DNA of 64,000 bases, from assembly GCA_963754875.1 (NCBI GenBank), contig CAVWHO010000008.1, forward strand, positions 224,001-288,000, read 5' to 3'. The DNA is from Nitrospirota bacterium (GTDB taxonomy: Bacteria; Nitrospirota; UBA9217). Positions 22,301 to 31,751 of the stretch are shown here, one piece after another (position 1 is the first letter of the stretch; the number at the start of each line of letters is the position of its first letter). The notes beneath the pieces are model-generated. The model ran no database searches, had not been told where the DNA came from, and saw nothing but the letters and a program-made list of their open reading frames with translations. The translations under genes were made by a program, and so were the position numbers.

Positions 22301-22430
22301 TGTCGGTCATCGGTGCGTTGATGATGATTGCAGCTGAGGCATTCCCGGCAAGGCCCAAACTGAGGACAACAAGAATAAGGACCAGTATCCTCCGCGTTGA
22401 GTGAACAGCTGATGAAAAATGGCGGTACAT
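19371..22430 (-). CDS. Secreted adhesin with N-terminal L-type (legume-like) lectin domain and three DUF11 domains
   Basis: GWLRLT..GADG..GSLGY..IGVDEYGN..GYAASTGGSTNYHEI lectin motifs; DLAITKT, DLSTSTKT and VLKSV DUF11 starts. Confidence 0.82.
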   Translation of the reverse strand: MYRHFSSAVHSTRRILVLILVVLSLGLAGNASAAIIINAPMTDTNSAGWTLGGGTILTGSGAIDPVGQGWLRLTNNTGNQTGFAYNTTAFDLSAGLLVEFDYATWGGTGADGYSVYLFDANVGAFNIGAFGGSLGYAQKLTTSPCGNPAPSNVPGISGGYIGIGVDEYGNFADCGEGRYLSAYGNSNTVPNTITLRGSVVGFGAGAIGQTLSAASYPWIATSANNGLLWFNGSPRPSQTGPNYRHVRIQISPAPNPVANVWVSFGYSSPLVFTQMITNQALPAITTTQQLKIGYAASTGGSTNYHEIRNLIVTDQNTTSAIDLAITKTFLDITTGSTTTASVGDQIRYTVIASNTGPNNVTATGVGILDTVPAAITGVAWTCAGSGGGTCGAASGSGNAINTTANLPKNGYVTYTINGTVGAGAPSLLSNTASLVVPGAITDYNSSDDSATVSVSVPSDLSTSTKTWIDLNGGDQNPGDVIQYTIMLKETGHMAAPGVSVTDTFPTTLTGLLASCPSGAMCNIAGQVLTVSNISVPADGNVPIVVSATIAGGTVAGTSIDNTAMITNPGGPGAAPAAPTITVSASSIAQTGSKPLYLYSAPTYSLSRTPTPGAPPLVAINRGSSQSWTELPVLASPVTISPAVGATVPVSLNLSTNSSNNYTVIVDLFCSATPGTLITQSRTLALTGTVTSYPFNLPLTSAMSCATGNSWVLRVTNSGAASTTRRVNVTPANGGNISNVSLPSQNVIGVNSVNAYSAAYPAVTTPVSGFYIGGQTVYVRTAVSDPFGAFDISSTKITIKDPNNNAIVSAVTLTNIVTSTTGTKTYEYAYTVPAAGPTGYWTVNVTANEGTEGTISDLGTGTFRVGLMPNIMVLKSVQVISDPVSGVTTSARAIPGAVLEYTVTVTNSGTGVADGSSVVVTDPIPTNTTLYVSTVSGDPVLFSCSASPACGLTFSYGSDVKYTTTYPLPAVLAPPNACGNFTYSPTGNFDANVKGLCINPEGTLNGGNANFTVKFRVQLN

Positions 22431-22574
22431 CAAATGATGCCCCCTCCTGCCGAGCGTTTTACTGAAACTTCACGCGCACAGTTATGGCGTTATAGCGTTC
22501 TACAAAAAATATCTGATAAATCTGTAATTCGGCAATCCCCCCCGGGGTTGGCGGACTACAACTAAGGTAAGACA

Positions 22575-22603
22575 ATTTTAGGATAAATATTATTTTTTGT
22601 CAA
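22575..22603 (-). promoter_or_regulatory. sigma70 promoter of the DUF11 operon
   Basis: TTGACA (22603-22598), 17-bp spacer, TAAAAT (22580-22575). Confidence 0.75.
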
Positions 22604-22992
22604 TACATTTTTTTATGGTATTGCATTTTATTGTAACCCTCTACAGCGCCTAAATAGGTAATTTAGAACAAAATAAGGCATTTCAAGAATAATTCGGTCA
22701 GCTTTTGAACAACCAAATTGCTGCACTTTCCACATCTGCCGGAAGAAAGGGTTAAATTGTACTGGATAGAGAGAAGCTGGATTGGGAATACAGAATGTTG
22801 TGATACTTGAATTACTTGGAGTCGTTATGCGGGTCCTGAAAAACAAAAAGAAAGAAGATGGTCGTTGAAATATATGTTTTTTATATTTCAGAGCGTTGTA
22901 ATAAGCGCTCACATGCGTACGGCGATTTTTATGACCAAAAAGGGCTAAGGTTATTTTGGCCAAACTATGACCTCCTTCATTATCATCTGTAC

Positions 22993-23640
22993 TCACGATG
23001 ATTTATGCTTATGAAATTCTTTTCGCAACTCACGGAAAGATTCAAACCATGATTTTTTCACATCATCTGGCCATGAAGGATCAAAATCAGGAAATTTATT
23101 TAACCAGACTTGCTCAGATGATATGGTTTTTTCAGCTTTTATTACCTTAGATTCATCTTGTTCAATGCTGGAAAATTTAAATTTTTTGATATGCGGTGAT
23201 AGTTCTATCCCCGTATATTTTGCTGCAGCTAAGAAAAACGCTACACTTTTTCTAATGGTCCCACCAAAGGCACCAGCTTTCTCAAAACAGAGCTGTAAGT
23301 CTTTCGATGTGGCACTTTTTAGATCAAATCCTTCACTAAATAAAAAAGGATAGGATGCAATTATGATCTCTCGGAGTATTGTCTTTTTTTCTTCTTCAGA
23401 TGCTTCAACTAATTTATGGAATTTTTCAGTTGGAATACCATCGTGTCCTGACATTAAGTGAAAATATTTTAGAGTCGTAATAAGTTGAGCCTGGGCAGCA
23501 CTGGAAAAAGAACTCAAGGTCTTAATATTGCGGTCAATCTTATTTGGTACACCAACTTTTGCCAGCCCCTCAATAAAGTTAAGAAAGGTGTTAAGGGAGA
23601 GGTAAGGTGGGGTTAGTATCTTATCTTTAATTTTTTCCAT
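22993..23640 (-). CDS. DUF5343-like protein in an AT-rich islet
   Basis: PPYLSLNTFLNFIEGL..VPNKIDR..FFLAAAKYTGI..KFPDFDPSWPDDVKKSWF; composition much more AT-rich than flanks. Confidence 0.65.
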   Translation of the reverse strand: MEKIKDKILTPPYLSLNTFLNFIEGLAKVGVPNKIDRNIKTLSSFSSAAQAQLITTLKYFHLMSGHDGIPTEKFHKLVEASEEEKKTILREIIIASYPFLFSEGFDLKSATSKDLQLCFEKAGAFGGTIRKSVAFFLAAAKYTGIELSPHIKKFKFSSIEQDESKVIKAEKTISSEQVWLNKFPDFDPSWPDDVKKSWFESFRELRKEFHKHKSS

Positions 23641-23658
23641 ACAAAAGTCTTCCTGAAA

Positions 23659-23718
23659 ATATTCCGTATAATCCTTTTATATCAGATACGCATATTCCTG
23701 TCAAGAGGAATATATTCC
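23659..23718 (-). promoter_or_regulatory. sigma70 promoter of the DUF5343-like gene, overlapped by ATATTCC boxes
   Basis: TTGACA (23704-23699), 17 bp, TATAAA (23681-23676); palindrome GGAATATATTCC at 23707-23718. Confidence 0.6.
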
Positions 23719-24176
23719 ATTTTTTATTTTTTTCCAATATGCTTTATGAACCGACAGCGTATACTGTTAAAATTATTAACTTACAGGAAATAAAAGGTTG
23801 GACTGATGTTATATAATATTCCATATATTCCAACATTCCATCTATTAGAAAAAATGAATATTCATTTTAATAGAGAAAATATTCTTTTGTGCCGACTTTT
23901 TTGTAATATTTTTTATACAGAAAGGAAATATGCTTTAGGAATGGCGAGAGAATTGTCAGGCCTTAAAAGGAAATGAACCTTTACAGCAGAATGTAGAATG
24001 TAATGAGACCGACAGCAAAAAAATATTTAATGTTACAAAAGACGTATGATGAAACCTGCCAGTTATGCACGTCAAGAACCACGCGTCAAGATGCAGGGCA
24101 AACTGGCATGTTTTCGTCGATCGAACTTTTATAAAATAAACGAGAATAGCCAAGAAGAATGACTACAGCAGCATCT

Positions 24177-25031
24177 TCACGAAAGATCGCTGCCCCAAGA
24201 TTGGAAGGCGTTCCCTTTTTCATCGAGCTTGCAGGCAAGCAGGTAAGGATCATGATAAAAGGTAAACCAGGCGCCGTTATCGATTCCGATCTTAATCCAC
24301 TTTTCCTTCATTGCAATTGAATCCATGGGATAGTTATCATAGGCCATGACCCACAATGGGTTAGCATGTGCATGCGTGGGGAAAAGATCGCCAAGGTGCA
24401 ACGCAGTTTCTGCTTTTGATTTCATGTGTACGATCTGGTGCCCGCTGTTGTGCCCCCCCGTATGGACAACTGATATCCCCGGGACGACCTCTGCTTCTCC
24501 GTTCACCAGTTCGAGCTTGTCGTTTCCCTTCATCAGTTCTATGTTTACGGGCCAATACGTGTTAATGGACCTTGCATTCGGGCTCAACACGCCCTCCCAC
24601 TCCTTTTTTTGGAGTATGTGTTTCGCCTTTGGAAAGGTGAGAGCAAGCCGGCCAGTTTCGTCCTGCATGATAACGCCTCCCGCATGGTCGAAATCATAAT
24701 GAGTCAGAATGACGAAATCGATGTCCGTGCGCGAGATGCCGAGTTGATCAAGCTCTTGGAGAACGGACCATTCCTCCTTGACGAGGAAGATATTCTTCTG
24801 TTTGTCCGTCAGTTTATTCCCGAGCCCCGTCTCAATGAGCACGAGGGCACCCGGCGTCTTTACCAGGATGGGCCATGCACTGAGGCTGATTGTGTTCTCA
24901 TCGGTCGCCGGATATTTCTTCTGCCAGAGCACCTTCGGCACGACACCGAACATTGCTCCGCCGTCCAGCTCGAACCTGCCGCCGTTCAGCCACGTCAGTT
25001 CAAAATCACCCAACCGGAATCCTGTTTTCAT
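24177..25031 (-). CDS. MBL-fold metallo-hydrolase (YtnP-like)
   Basis: LDGGAMFGVVPK, THYDFDHAGG and FYHDP motifs. Confidence 0.88.
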   Translation of the reverse strand: MKTGFRLGDFELTWLNGGRFELDGGAMFGVVPKVLWQKKYPATDENTISLSAWPILVKTPGALVLIETGLGNKLTDKQKNIFLVKEEWSVLQELDQLGISRTDIDFVILTHYDFDHAGGVIMQDETGRLALTFPKAKHILQKKEWEGVLSPNARSINTYWPVNIELMKGNDKLELVNGEAEVVPGISVVHTGGHNSGHQIVHMKSKAETALHLGDLFPTHAHANPLWVMAYDNYPMDSIAMKEKWIKIGIDNGAWFTFYHDPYLLACKLDEKGNAFQSWGSDLS

Positions 25032-25044
25032 AATAGGCTCCCCA

Positions 25045-25070
25045 TAAAAAAAATGCGGCCCGAAGGCCGC
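25045..25070 (-). terminator. Intrinsic terminator just upstream of the MBL hydrolase start
   Basis: tgcggcc-ttcg-ggccgca hairpin followed by 8 T on the minus strand. Confidence 0.7.
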
Positions 25071-25326
25071 AGTCCCTGATCAAACCAGGAAAATACCGCT
25101 ACAATCATGGAGAAGAGAGAAGATCACAGGGCAATAGCAAAATCCCCTATCTGCCAAACTGCGCGTCCAGTGAAATCGGTAAAAGATCATTGACCACAGA
25201 CACGGACGGAGGAAGTGCTCTGAAAAAAAAGTCCCCCCTCACGCTTTGAGCCCCTGGGGTGAAATCCGTTTATTCAAGACAGTCACGACGTAACGAGGGG
25301 CTCTGTTCACCCCCGTGTCCTCTGCT

Positions 25327-27246
25327 TCACAAAGGCATATTGTTACTGTCTTCCTTGTGAGCATAGCCCACTTTTTTCAGCGCCTCTTCAATTTCGTTCA
25401 GCGTCGCCGGGTCGTCAATGGTCGACGGCATCGTGTAGGTCTCGCCGTCGGCGATCTTCCGCATGGTGCCGCGCAGGATCTTTCCGGAGCGCGTCTTCGG
25501 GAGCCGTTTCACGACGCACGTTTCCTTGTATCCGGCGATGGGGCCGATGGTCTCCCTGATCATGTTCGCGAGATCCTTCTTGATTGCCTCTTCACTCGTG
25601 TTCACGCCCGCCTTGAGCACGCAAAGCCCGACGGGAAGCTGGCCTTTCAGATTATCGTGCACACCGATGACCGCGCATTCCGCAATGTCCTTATGCGTGG
25701 ATACGACCTCTTCCATCTCTCCTGTGGAGAGCCGGTGGCCGGCCACGTTGATCACGTCGTCCACCCGGCCCATGATATAAACGTAGCCGTCTTCATCGAT
25801 ATACCCGCCGTCGCTCGTAAAGTAGTAACCGGGGTACACTTTGAGGTAGGACTCGAGAAACCGCTGGTCCGCCTGCCAGAGCGTGGGGAGCGTGCCCGGA
25901 GGCAGCGGCAGCTTGATGGTTACGAGACCGGTCACTTTCGGACCGACCGGCTTGCCGTTCGTGTCCAGGATCGTGACGTTGAACCCGGGCACCGGCTTGG
26001 TAGAAGATCCCGGTTTGATCGGATGTTCTTCGATGCCCATGCTGTTTGCCGTTATCGGCCAGCCGGTCTCGGTCTGCCACCAGTGGTCGATGACCGGTTT
26101 TTGCAGAAGATCATGAGCCCAATGGTAGGTATCGGGATCGAGACGTTCACCGGCGAGGAACAGGTACTTGAACCCCGAGAGGTCGTACTTCTTGATGAAT
26201 TCACCATTCGGGTCTTCCTTCTTGATGGCACGGAACGCAGTCGGTGCCGTGAACAGCACTTTGACTTTGTGCTGGGATATGACCCTCCAGAACGCCCCGG
26301 CGTCGGGCGTGCCGACCGGTTTCCCCTCGTAGATGATCGTAGTGCAGCCATGCAGGAGCGGACCGTAAACAATGTAGGAGTGCCCGACGACCCAGCCCAC
26401 ATCCGATGCGGCCCAGTAGACGTCGCCCGGTTCGACGTTGTAGATGTACCGCATGCTCCACCGGAGCGCCACGGCATGGCCGCCGTTGTCTCGGACCACG
26501 CCCTTCGGTTTGCCGGTCGTTCCCGACGTATAGAGGATATAGAGCGGATCGGTCGCCTTGACCGGTGTGCACTCCGTGGGCTTTGCTTTTGCAATGAGCT
26601 CTTCCCAGTCGAGGTCGCGGCCCGGGTTCAGCGCGGCTTTTACGAACTGGCGCTGGAATATGATGTTCTTTTCCGGTTTATGCGTGGCCAGCTCTATGGC
26701 TTTGTCGAGCATGGGCTTGTATTCCAGGGTTTTCTTTCCCTCGATGGCGCCCGAGGCGGTGATTATGACTTTGGGTTTTGCGTCGTCGATCCTGATCGCA
26801 AGCTCGTGGGGTGCAAATCCGCCGAACACCACGGAATGCACGGCGCCGAGACGTGCGCACGCGAGCATGGCAATCACCGCCTGCGGGATCATGGGCATGT
26901 AGATGATGACCGTCGTCCCCTTCTGGACGCCCATGCCCTTCAAGGCGCCTGCAAACCGGGAAACCTGATCGAGCAGTTCCGTATAGGTGTACTTCCGGAC
27001 CGTGTTGGTCACCGGGCTGTCGTAGATCAGAGCGACCTGATCGCCCCTGCCGTACTTCGCGTGCCGGTCGAGAGCATTGTAACAGGTGTTCATCTCACCG
27101 CCGCTGTACCAGCGGTAGAAAGGCTTGTTGGAATCATCAAGAACTTTGTCCCACTTCTTGGTCCAGGTGATCGCTTCTGCAGCCTCACCCCAGAACTTCT
27201 CCGGGTCCTTGATGCTCTTCTGAAAGAGATCCTGATACTTTCCCAT
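25327..27246 (-). CDS. prpE: Propionyl-CoA synthetase
   Basis: YTSGTTGKPKG, DHWWQTETG and LPKTRSGKILR motifs; last gene of the prp cluster; ATG 27246 with GAGGAGG RBS. Confidence 0.88.
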   Translation of the reverse strand: MGKYQDLFQKSIKDPEKFWGEAAEAITWTKKWDKVLDDSNKPFYRWYSGGEMNTCYNALDRHAKYGRGDQVALIYDSPVTNTVRKYTYTELLDQVSRFAGALKGMGVQKGTTVIIYMPMIPQAVIAMLACARLGAVHSVVFGGFAPHELAIRIDDAKPKVIITASGAIEGKKTLEYKPMLDKAIELATHKPEKNIIFQRQFVKAALNPGRDLDWEELIAKAKPTECTPVKATDPLYILYTSGTTGKPKGVVRDNGGHAVALRWSMRYIYNVEPGDVYWAASDVGWVVGHSYIVYGPLLHGCTTIIYEGKPVGTPDAGAFWRVISQHKVKVLFTAPTAFRAIKKEDPNGEFIKKYDLSGFKYLFLAGERLDPDTYHWAHDLLQKPVIDHWWQTETGWPITANSMGIEEHPIKPGSSTKPVPGFNVTILDTNGKPVGPKVTGLVTIKLPLPPGTLPTLWQADQRFLESYLKVYPGYYFTSDGGYIDEDGYVYIMGRVDDVINVAGHRLSTGEMEEVVSTHKDIAECAVIGVHDNLKGQLPVGLCVLKAGVNTSEEAIKKDLANMIRETIGPIAGYKETCVVKRLPKTRSGKILRGTMRKIADGETYTMPSTIDDPATLNEIEEALKKVGYAHKEDSNNMPL

Positions 27247-27359
27247 ACTTACCCTCCTCACATTGTTTTAATGTGCATGTTTTTGCTACACTGATGCCCA
27301 AAAAAAGTCGGCTCGAATGTATGCTCTTACGGCTTAAGCGACTCTCTCAAAAAACCGCA

Positions 27360-30068
27360 CTACGGTCCGTGCATGAGTTCCCGTAGTACATACGGCAGAA
27401 TTCCCCCATGCTGATAATAATCGACCTCGATCGGGGTATCGATCCGCGACAGCAGCTTGACTTCCTGGCGAACTCCCCCGTGTCTTTTGACGAGAAGGCT
27501 GATTTCCTGTTGCGGCATCAGATTGTTCAAGCCGACAATATCGAACTCTTCATCTCCGATGAGCCGCAGTGATTGGACGGAATCGTTGCCTTTGAACTGC
27601 AGCGGCAATACGCCCATGCCTACGAGGTTGGAACGGTGGATACGCTCGAAGCTTCGTGCAATAACGGCGCGCACTCCGAAAAGTCTGGTGCCTTTGGCTG
27701 CCCAATCACGCGATGATCCTGTCCCGTATTCTTCTCCACCGAAGACCACCGTCGGCGTGCCTTGGGCCAGATATTTCATTGCAGCGTCATAGATCGACAT
27801 CTGCTCTCCGCTGGGCTGAAACAGGGTAATGCCGCCTTCCACGCGCGCGCCGTCTGCCTTCGGGAGGCACCATGAGGTTCTTGATGCGCACGTTCGCGAA
27901 GGTGCCGCGAATCATCACATCGTGATTGCCCCGGCGCGTGCCGTAGCTCTGAAAATCGGTCTTGGCACGTTGTTTTCGAGCAGGTATTTTCCCGCGGGAG
28001 TGGTCTCCTTGATGGAGCCTGCCGGACTGATATGGTCGGTCGTGACCGAATCGCCGAAGATGCCGAGCGCCCGGGCTCCGAGCGATGTCGTTGACGCGCC
28101 CGGCTGCATCGAGAAGTCCATGAAGAACGGAGGTTCCGCAATGTACGTGGATTTCGGCCAGTTATAGACTTCCTCGGAAACCGAGGCCACGTTGTTCCAC
28201 AAGACATTGTCCTTGGTGAAGTCCGCGTAGAGACGCTGGAAGGTTTCCGGGTCCGTGGCATACTTCATCACGGACGCAACTTCGGCATTGCTCGGCCAGA
28301 TGTCTTTGAGGTAGACCGTTGCTGCCGTCCTTGCCGATGCCCAGAGGATCTTTCTCCATGATTCATGAGCACGGTCCCGGCTATGGCATAGGCCACGACA
28401 AGGGGCGGGCTCATCAAAAAGTTGGCGCGCAGGTTCGGATGGATGCGCGCTTCGAAGTTGCGGTTGCCGGAAAGGACCGATGCGCAGACGAGATCATTCT
28501 GCAGAATGGCCTCTTCCGTCCCTTCATCCAGGGGGCCTGAATTGCCGATGCAGGTGGTGCAGCCGTAGGCAACGATATTGAAACCGAGCTTTCCAGGATA
28601 AGGCAGGAGACCGGCTTTTGCAGATATTCGGTCACGACTCGCGAGCCCGGCGCAAGGGACGTCTTGACGTGCTTTTTTACGACGTGCAGGCCTTTCTCCA
28701 CAGCCTTCTTTGCCAGCAGACCGGCAGCGAGCAGCACCGCACGGATTGGAGGTGTTGGTGCAGGAGGTGATGGCGGCGATGATCACATCTCCGGAGCCGA
28801 TGTCTATGCCGTCCTTTGTTTTGAAGCGCGCTGCAATGTCTTCGGACTTCTTTGCAAATCCGTTTTCCGTTGTCGGCTTGACGAATAATTGGGACATCGT
28901 ATTTTTCAGAGCGGGAAGTTCAATGCGGTCCTGCGGGCGTTTCGGCCCTGCAACGGAAGGTTTGATCGAAGAGAGGTCGAGTTCAAGGGTCCGCGTGTAA
29001 TCTATCTCTCCGGCCTTCGGGAATGCCGTACATTCTCTGGGCTGTGTAATAGGACTTGCAAGCGGCGACTTCCTCGTGAGTACGTCCGCTGCTGCTGAGG
29101 TACTCGACGGTCACGTCGTCGATCGGGAAGAAGCCCATGGTCGCGCCGTACTCCGGCGACATATTCGCGATCGTGGCGCGGTCAGGCACGCTGAGGGATG
29201 CGGTGCCTGATCCGAAAAATTCGACAAAGGCGCCGACGACCTTATTTTTCCGGAGCATCTCGGTGATGGTCAGCACGAGGTCGGTGGCAGTGACGCCTTC
29301 CCGGAGTTTTCCGGTCAGGTTCACCCCCACCACATCAGGAGTTAGGAAGTAGAGCGGCTGACCGAGCATACCCGCTTCCGCCTCAATGCCTCCCACGCCC
29401 CAGCCGACCGAGCCGATACCATTGATCATCGTCGTATGGCTGTCGGTGCCGACGAGCGTATCGGGATAGTAGACATCGTTCTTGTCATGCACGCCGCGCG
29501 CCAGGTATTCAAGGTTCACCTGGTGAACGATGCCGATGCCCGGCGGGACTACCTGGAAGGAATGGAATGTGTTCATGCCCCACTTCAGGAACTCGTACCG
29601 TTCCCGGTTGCGCTTGAATTCCATTTCCATATTGATCCGAAGCGCATCAGGATTTCCGTAGGAGTCTATCTGCACGGAGTGGTCCACGACCAGATCGACA
29701 GGGACGAGCGGTTCGATGATGCCCGGATTTTTGCCCATCCTGCGGGCCGCGCCGCGCATTGCCGCCAGATCGCACAGGAGGGGTACGCCGGTAAAGTCCT
29801 GGAGCAGGATGCGTGCAACGACAAAAGGAATTTCCTCTATGCGCCGTCCCTGGGGCGACCAGGCAGCAAGCTGTTTAACGTGATCTTCTGTTATCTTCTT
29901 GCCATCGTAATTACGCAGCACCGATTCGAGCACGATCCTGATCGAAACGGGCAAATGCGAGATCATGCCGATCCCCGCTTTTTCCAGAACAGGCAGGGAA
30001 TACAATTTCCCCTTTTTCCCGTTGCCCAGGCTGAAATCTCGGAGCGTATTGAAGAGATTATGGGTCAC
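27360..30068 (-). CDS. acnA: Aconitate hydratase A, interrupted by several frameshifts
   Basis: [51 protein letters not shown] and [10 protein letters not shown] motifs spread over overlapping ORF fragments. Confidence 0.88.
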
Positions 30069-30190
30069 TGTGTCTCCATTTTTTATCGCACGAAGGCACG
30101 AAGCCACAAAGAAGTACACTGAAAGGCAGGTGATCCTCCCCTTCGTGGCTTCGCGCCTTCGTGTGAGACCGACTGCATCTGTTTTTTGGT

Positions 30191-31642
30191 TCAGATCACA
30201 TACAAATCGACGTATTCATGCACCGGCATAGCTTCCAGTTTTTGCTGGTCCAGACTGATCTCAAGAATCGCCTTCTGCTGTCTAGCCGGGAACCGACGCG
30301 CCAGGTTGGTCTTGAACTTATCGACGAGCACCGGCATGCCTTCCTTCCGCCGGCGGCGGTGTCCTATGGGGTATTCGACGAGAATTTCCGGCAGCTTGGT
30401 GTTGTCCTTGAATTCCAGGGTAAGGCCGTTCGCGATCGAACGTTTTTCAGGGTCGTGGTAATCCTTCGTAAACTGCGGGTCCTCAACGCAGGATATCTTA
30501 TCGCGCAGAGCATCTATGCGCGGGTCAGCCGCGACACTGTCTTCGTAGTCAGCGGCAATGAGCCTGCCGAAGATGAGCGGCACGGCTACCATGTACTGGA
30601 TGCAATGATCCCGGTCCGCAGGATTGTTGAGCGGCCCTTTCTTGTCGATGATGCGGATTGCAGCCTCGTGGGTGCGGATCGTGATTTTCTTTATATCGTC
30701 AGTGCTCCTGCCCGTGTCCTTGAGTTTTCTGTTCAGGGTCATGGCGCTTTCCACTGCCGTCTGGGAGTGGAATTCCGCCGGGAAAGAAATTTTAAACAGC
30801 ACGTTCTCCATCACATAGGAGCCGTAGGGCCGCTGGAACTTGAATTCATTCCCCTTGAAGAGCACGTCATAGAAACCCCAGGTCTTAGCCGTCATTGCCG
30901 AGGGGTACCCCATCTCGCCCTTCATGGCCATGAGCGCCAACCGGACGCCGCGCGCCGTTGCGTCGCCCGCTGCCCAGGATTTCCGGGAGCCCGTGTTCGG
31001 AGCATGGCGGTAGGTCCGGAGGGACTGGCCGTCGATCCACGCATTCGACAGGGCATCGATGATCTCTTCCTTTGTCCCGCCCAGCATCTTCATTACTACT
31101 GCGGTCGTCGCGACTTTGACGAGAACGACGTGGTCAAGCCCTACCCGGTTGAAGGAGTTTTCGATGGCGATAATCCCCTGGATCTCGTGGGCCTTGATCA
31201 TGCCGGTGAGTACGTCCCGCATCACAAGAGGCTTCTTGCCCTCGGACACTGCTTTGCGTGAAAGATAGTCAGCTGTTGCCAGGATGCCGCCCAGGTTGTC
31301 CGACGGATGGCCCCACTCCGCGGCAAGCCAGGTATCGTTGAAGTCGAGCCAGCGGATCATAGCGCCGATGTTGAATGCAGCCTGGATCGGGTCGAGCTGG
31401 AACTGGGTGCCGGGGACCTTTGCGCCCTGAGGAACAACGGTGCCCGGTACGATCGGCCCGAGGAGCTTCGTGCACGCGGGATACCCCAGCGCTTCGAGCC
31501 CGCAACCCAGGGTATCGATAAGACAGTACCGCGATGTTTCATAAGCCTCAGCCGACTTGATTTCATAATCATGTGCATAATTGGCAATGTCCACCAGGAC
31601 CTTGTCCGGGTCAGGACGGACATTGGAGATGTGAGAACTCAT
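30191..31642 (-). CDS. prpD: 2-methylcitrate dehydratase
   Basis: [20 protein letters not shown] and SFPAEFH motifs. Confidence 0.95.
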   Translation of the reverse strand: MSSHISNVRPDPDKVLVDIANYAHDYEIKSAEAYETSRYCLIDTLGCGLEALGYPACTKLLGPIVPGTVVPQGAKVPGTQFQLDPIQAAFNIGAMIRWLDFNDTWLAAEWGHPSDNLGGILATADYLSRKAVSEGKKPLVMRDVLTGMIKAHEIQGIIAIENSFNRVGLDHVVLVKVATTAVVMKMLGGTKEEIIDALSNAWIDGQSLRTYRHAPNTGSRKSWAAGDATARGVRLALMAMKGEMGYPSAMTAKTWGFYDVLFKGNEFKFQRPYGSYVMENVLFKISFPAEFHSQTAVESAMTLNRKLKDTGRSTDDIKKITIRTHEAAIRIIDKKGPLNNPADRDHCIQYMVAVPLIFGRLIAADYEDSVAADPRIDALRDKISCVEDPQFTKDYHDPEKRSIANGLTLEFKDNTKLPEILVEYPIGHRRRRKEGMPVLVDKFKTNLARRFPARQQKAILEISLDQQKLEAMPVHEYVDLYVI

Positions 31643-31751
31643 GCTGTTCTTTTTTCCTTTCGATGTGTGATTATAGTTTAAACCGATAGAGGATGGACGC
31701 AATTTCTTTTTCGTCCCTCGTCCATCCTCCATCCTCCCTCATCCCGCGTTT

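Noticed and set aside
22515..22570. c-di-GMP-I (GEMM) riboswitch before the adhesin
   Set aside because: Only the 3' ttgccgaa resembles it; the conserved core is absent
22628..22996. 122-aa minus-strand ORF in the AT-rich islet
   Set aside because: No recognisable motif or protein-like composition; may be spurious or a remnant
25240..25300. ZTP riboswitch (gtcgtgactg on the minus strand)
   Set aside because: The match stops after 10 nt; the GGCG and 3' pseudoknot hairpin are missing
25315..27294. 659-aa plus-strand ORF and other long antisense ORFs (e.g. 3137..4456, 47998..49632, 56317..57459)
   Set aside because: Shadow frames of clearly identified genes in GC-rich DNA
27776..29100. Programmed frameshifting or a split acnA
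   Set aside because: Many scattered indels without slippery-site structure; the same pattern in unrelated genes suggests sequencing error
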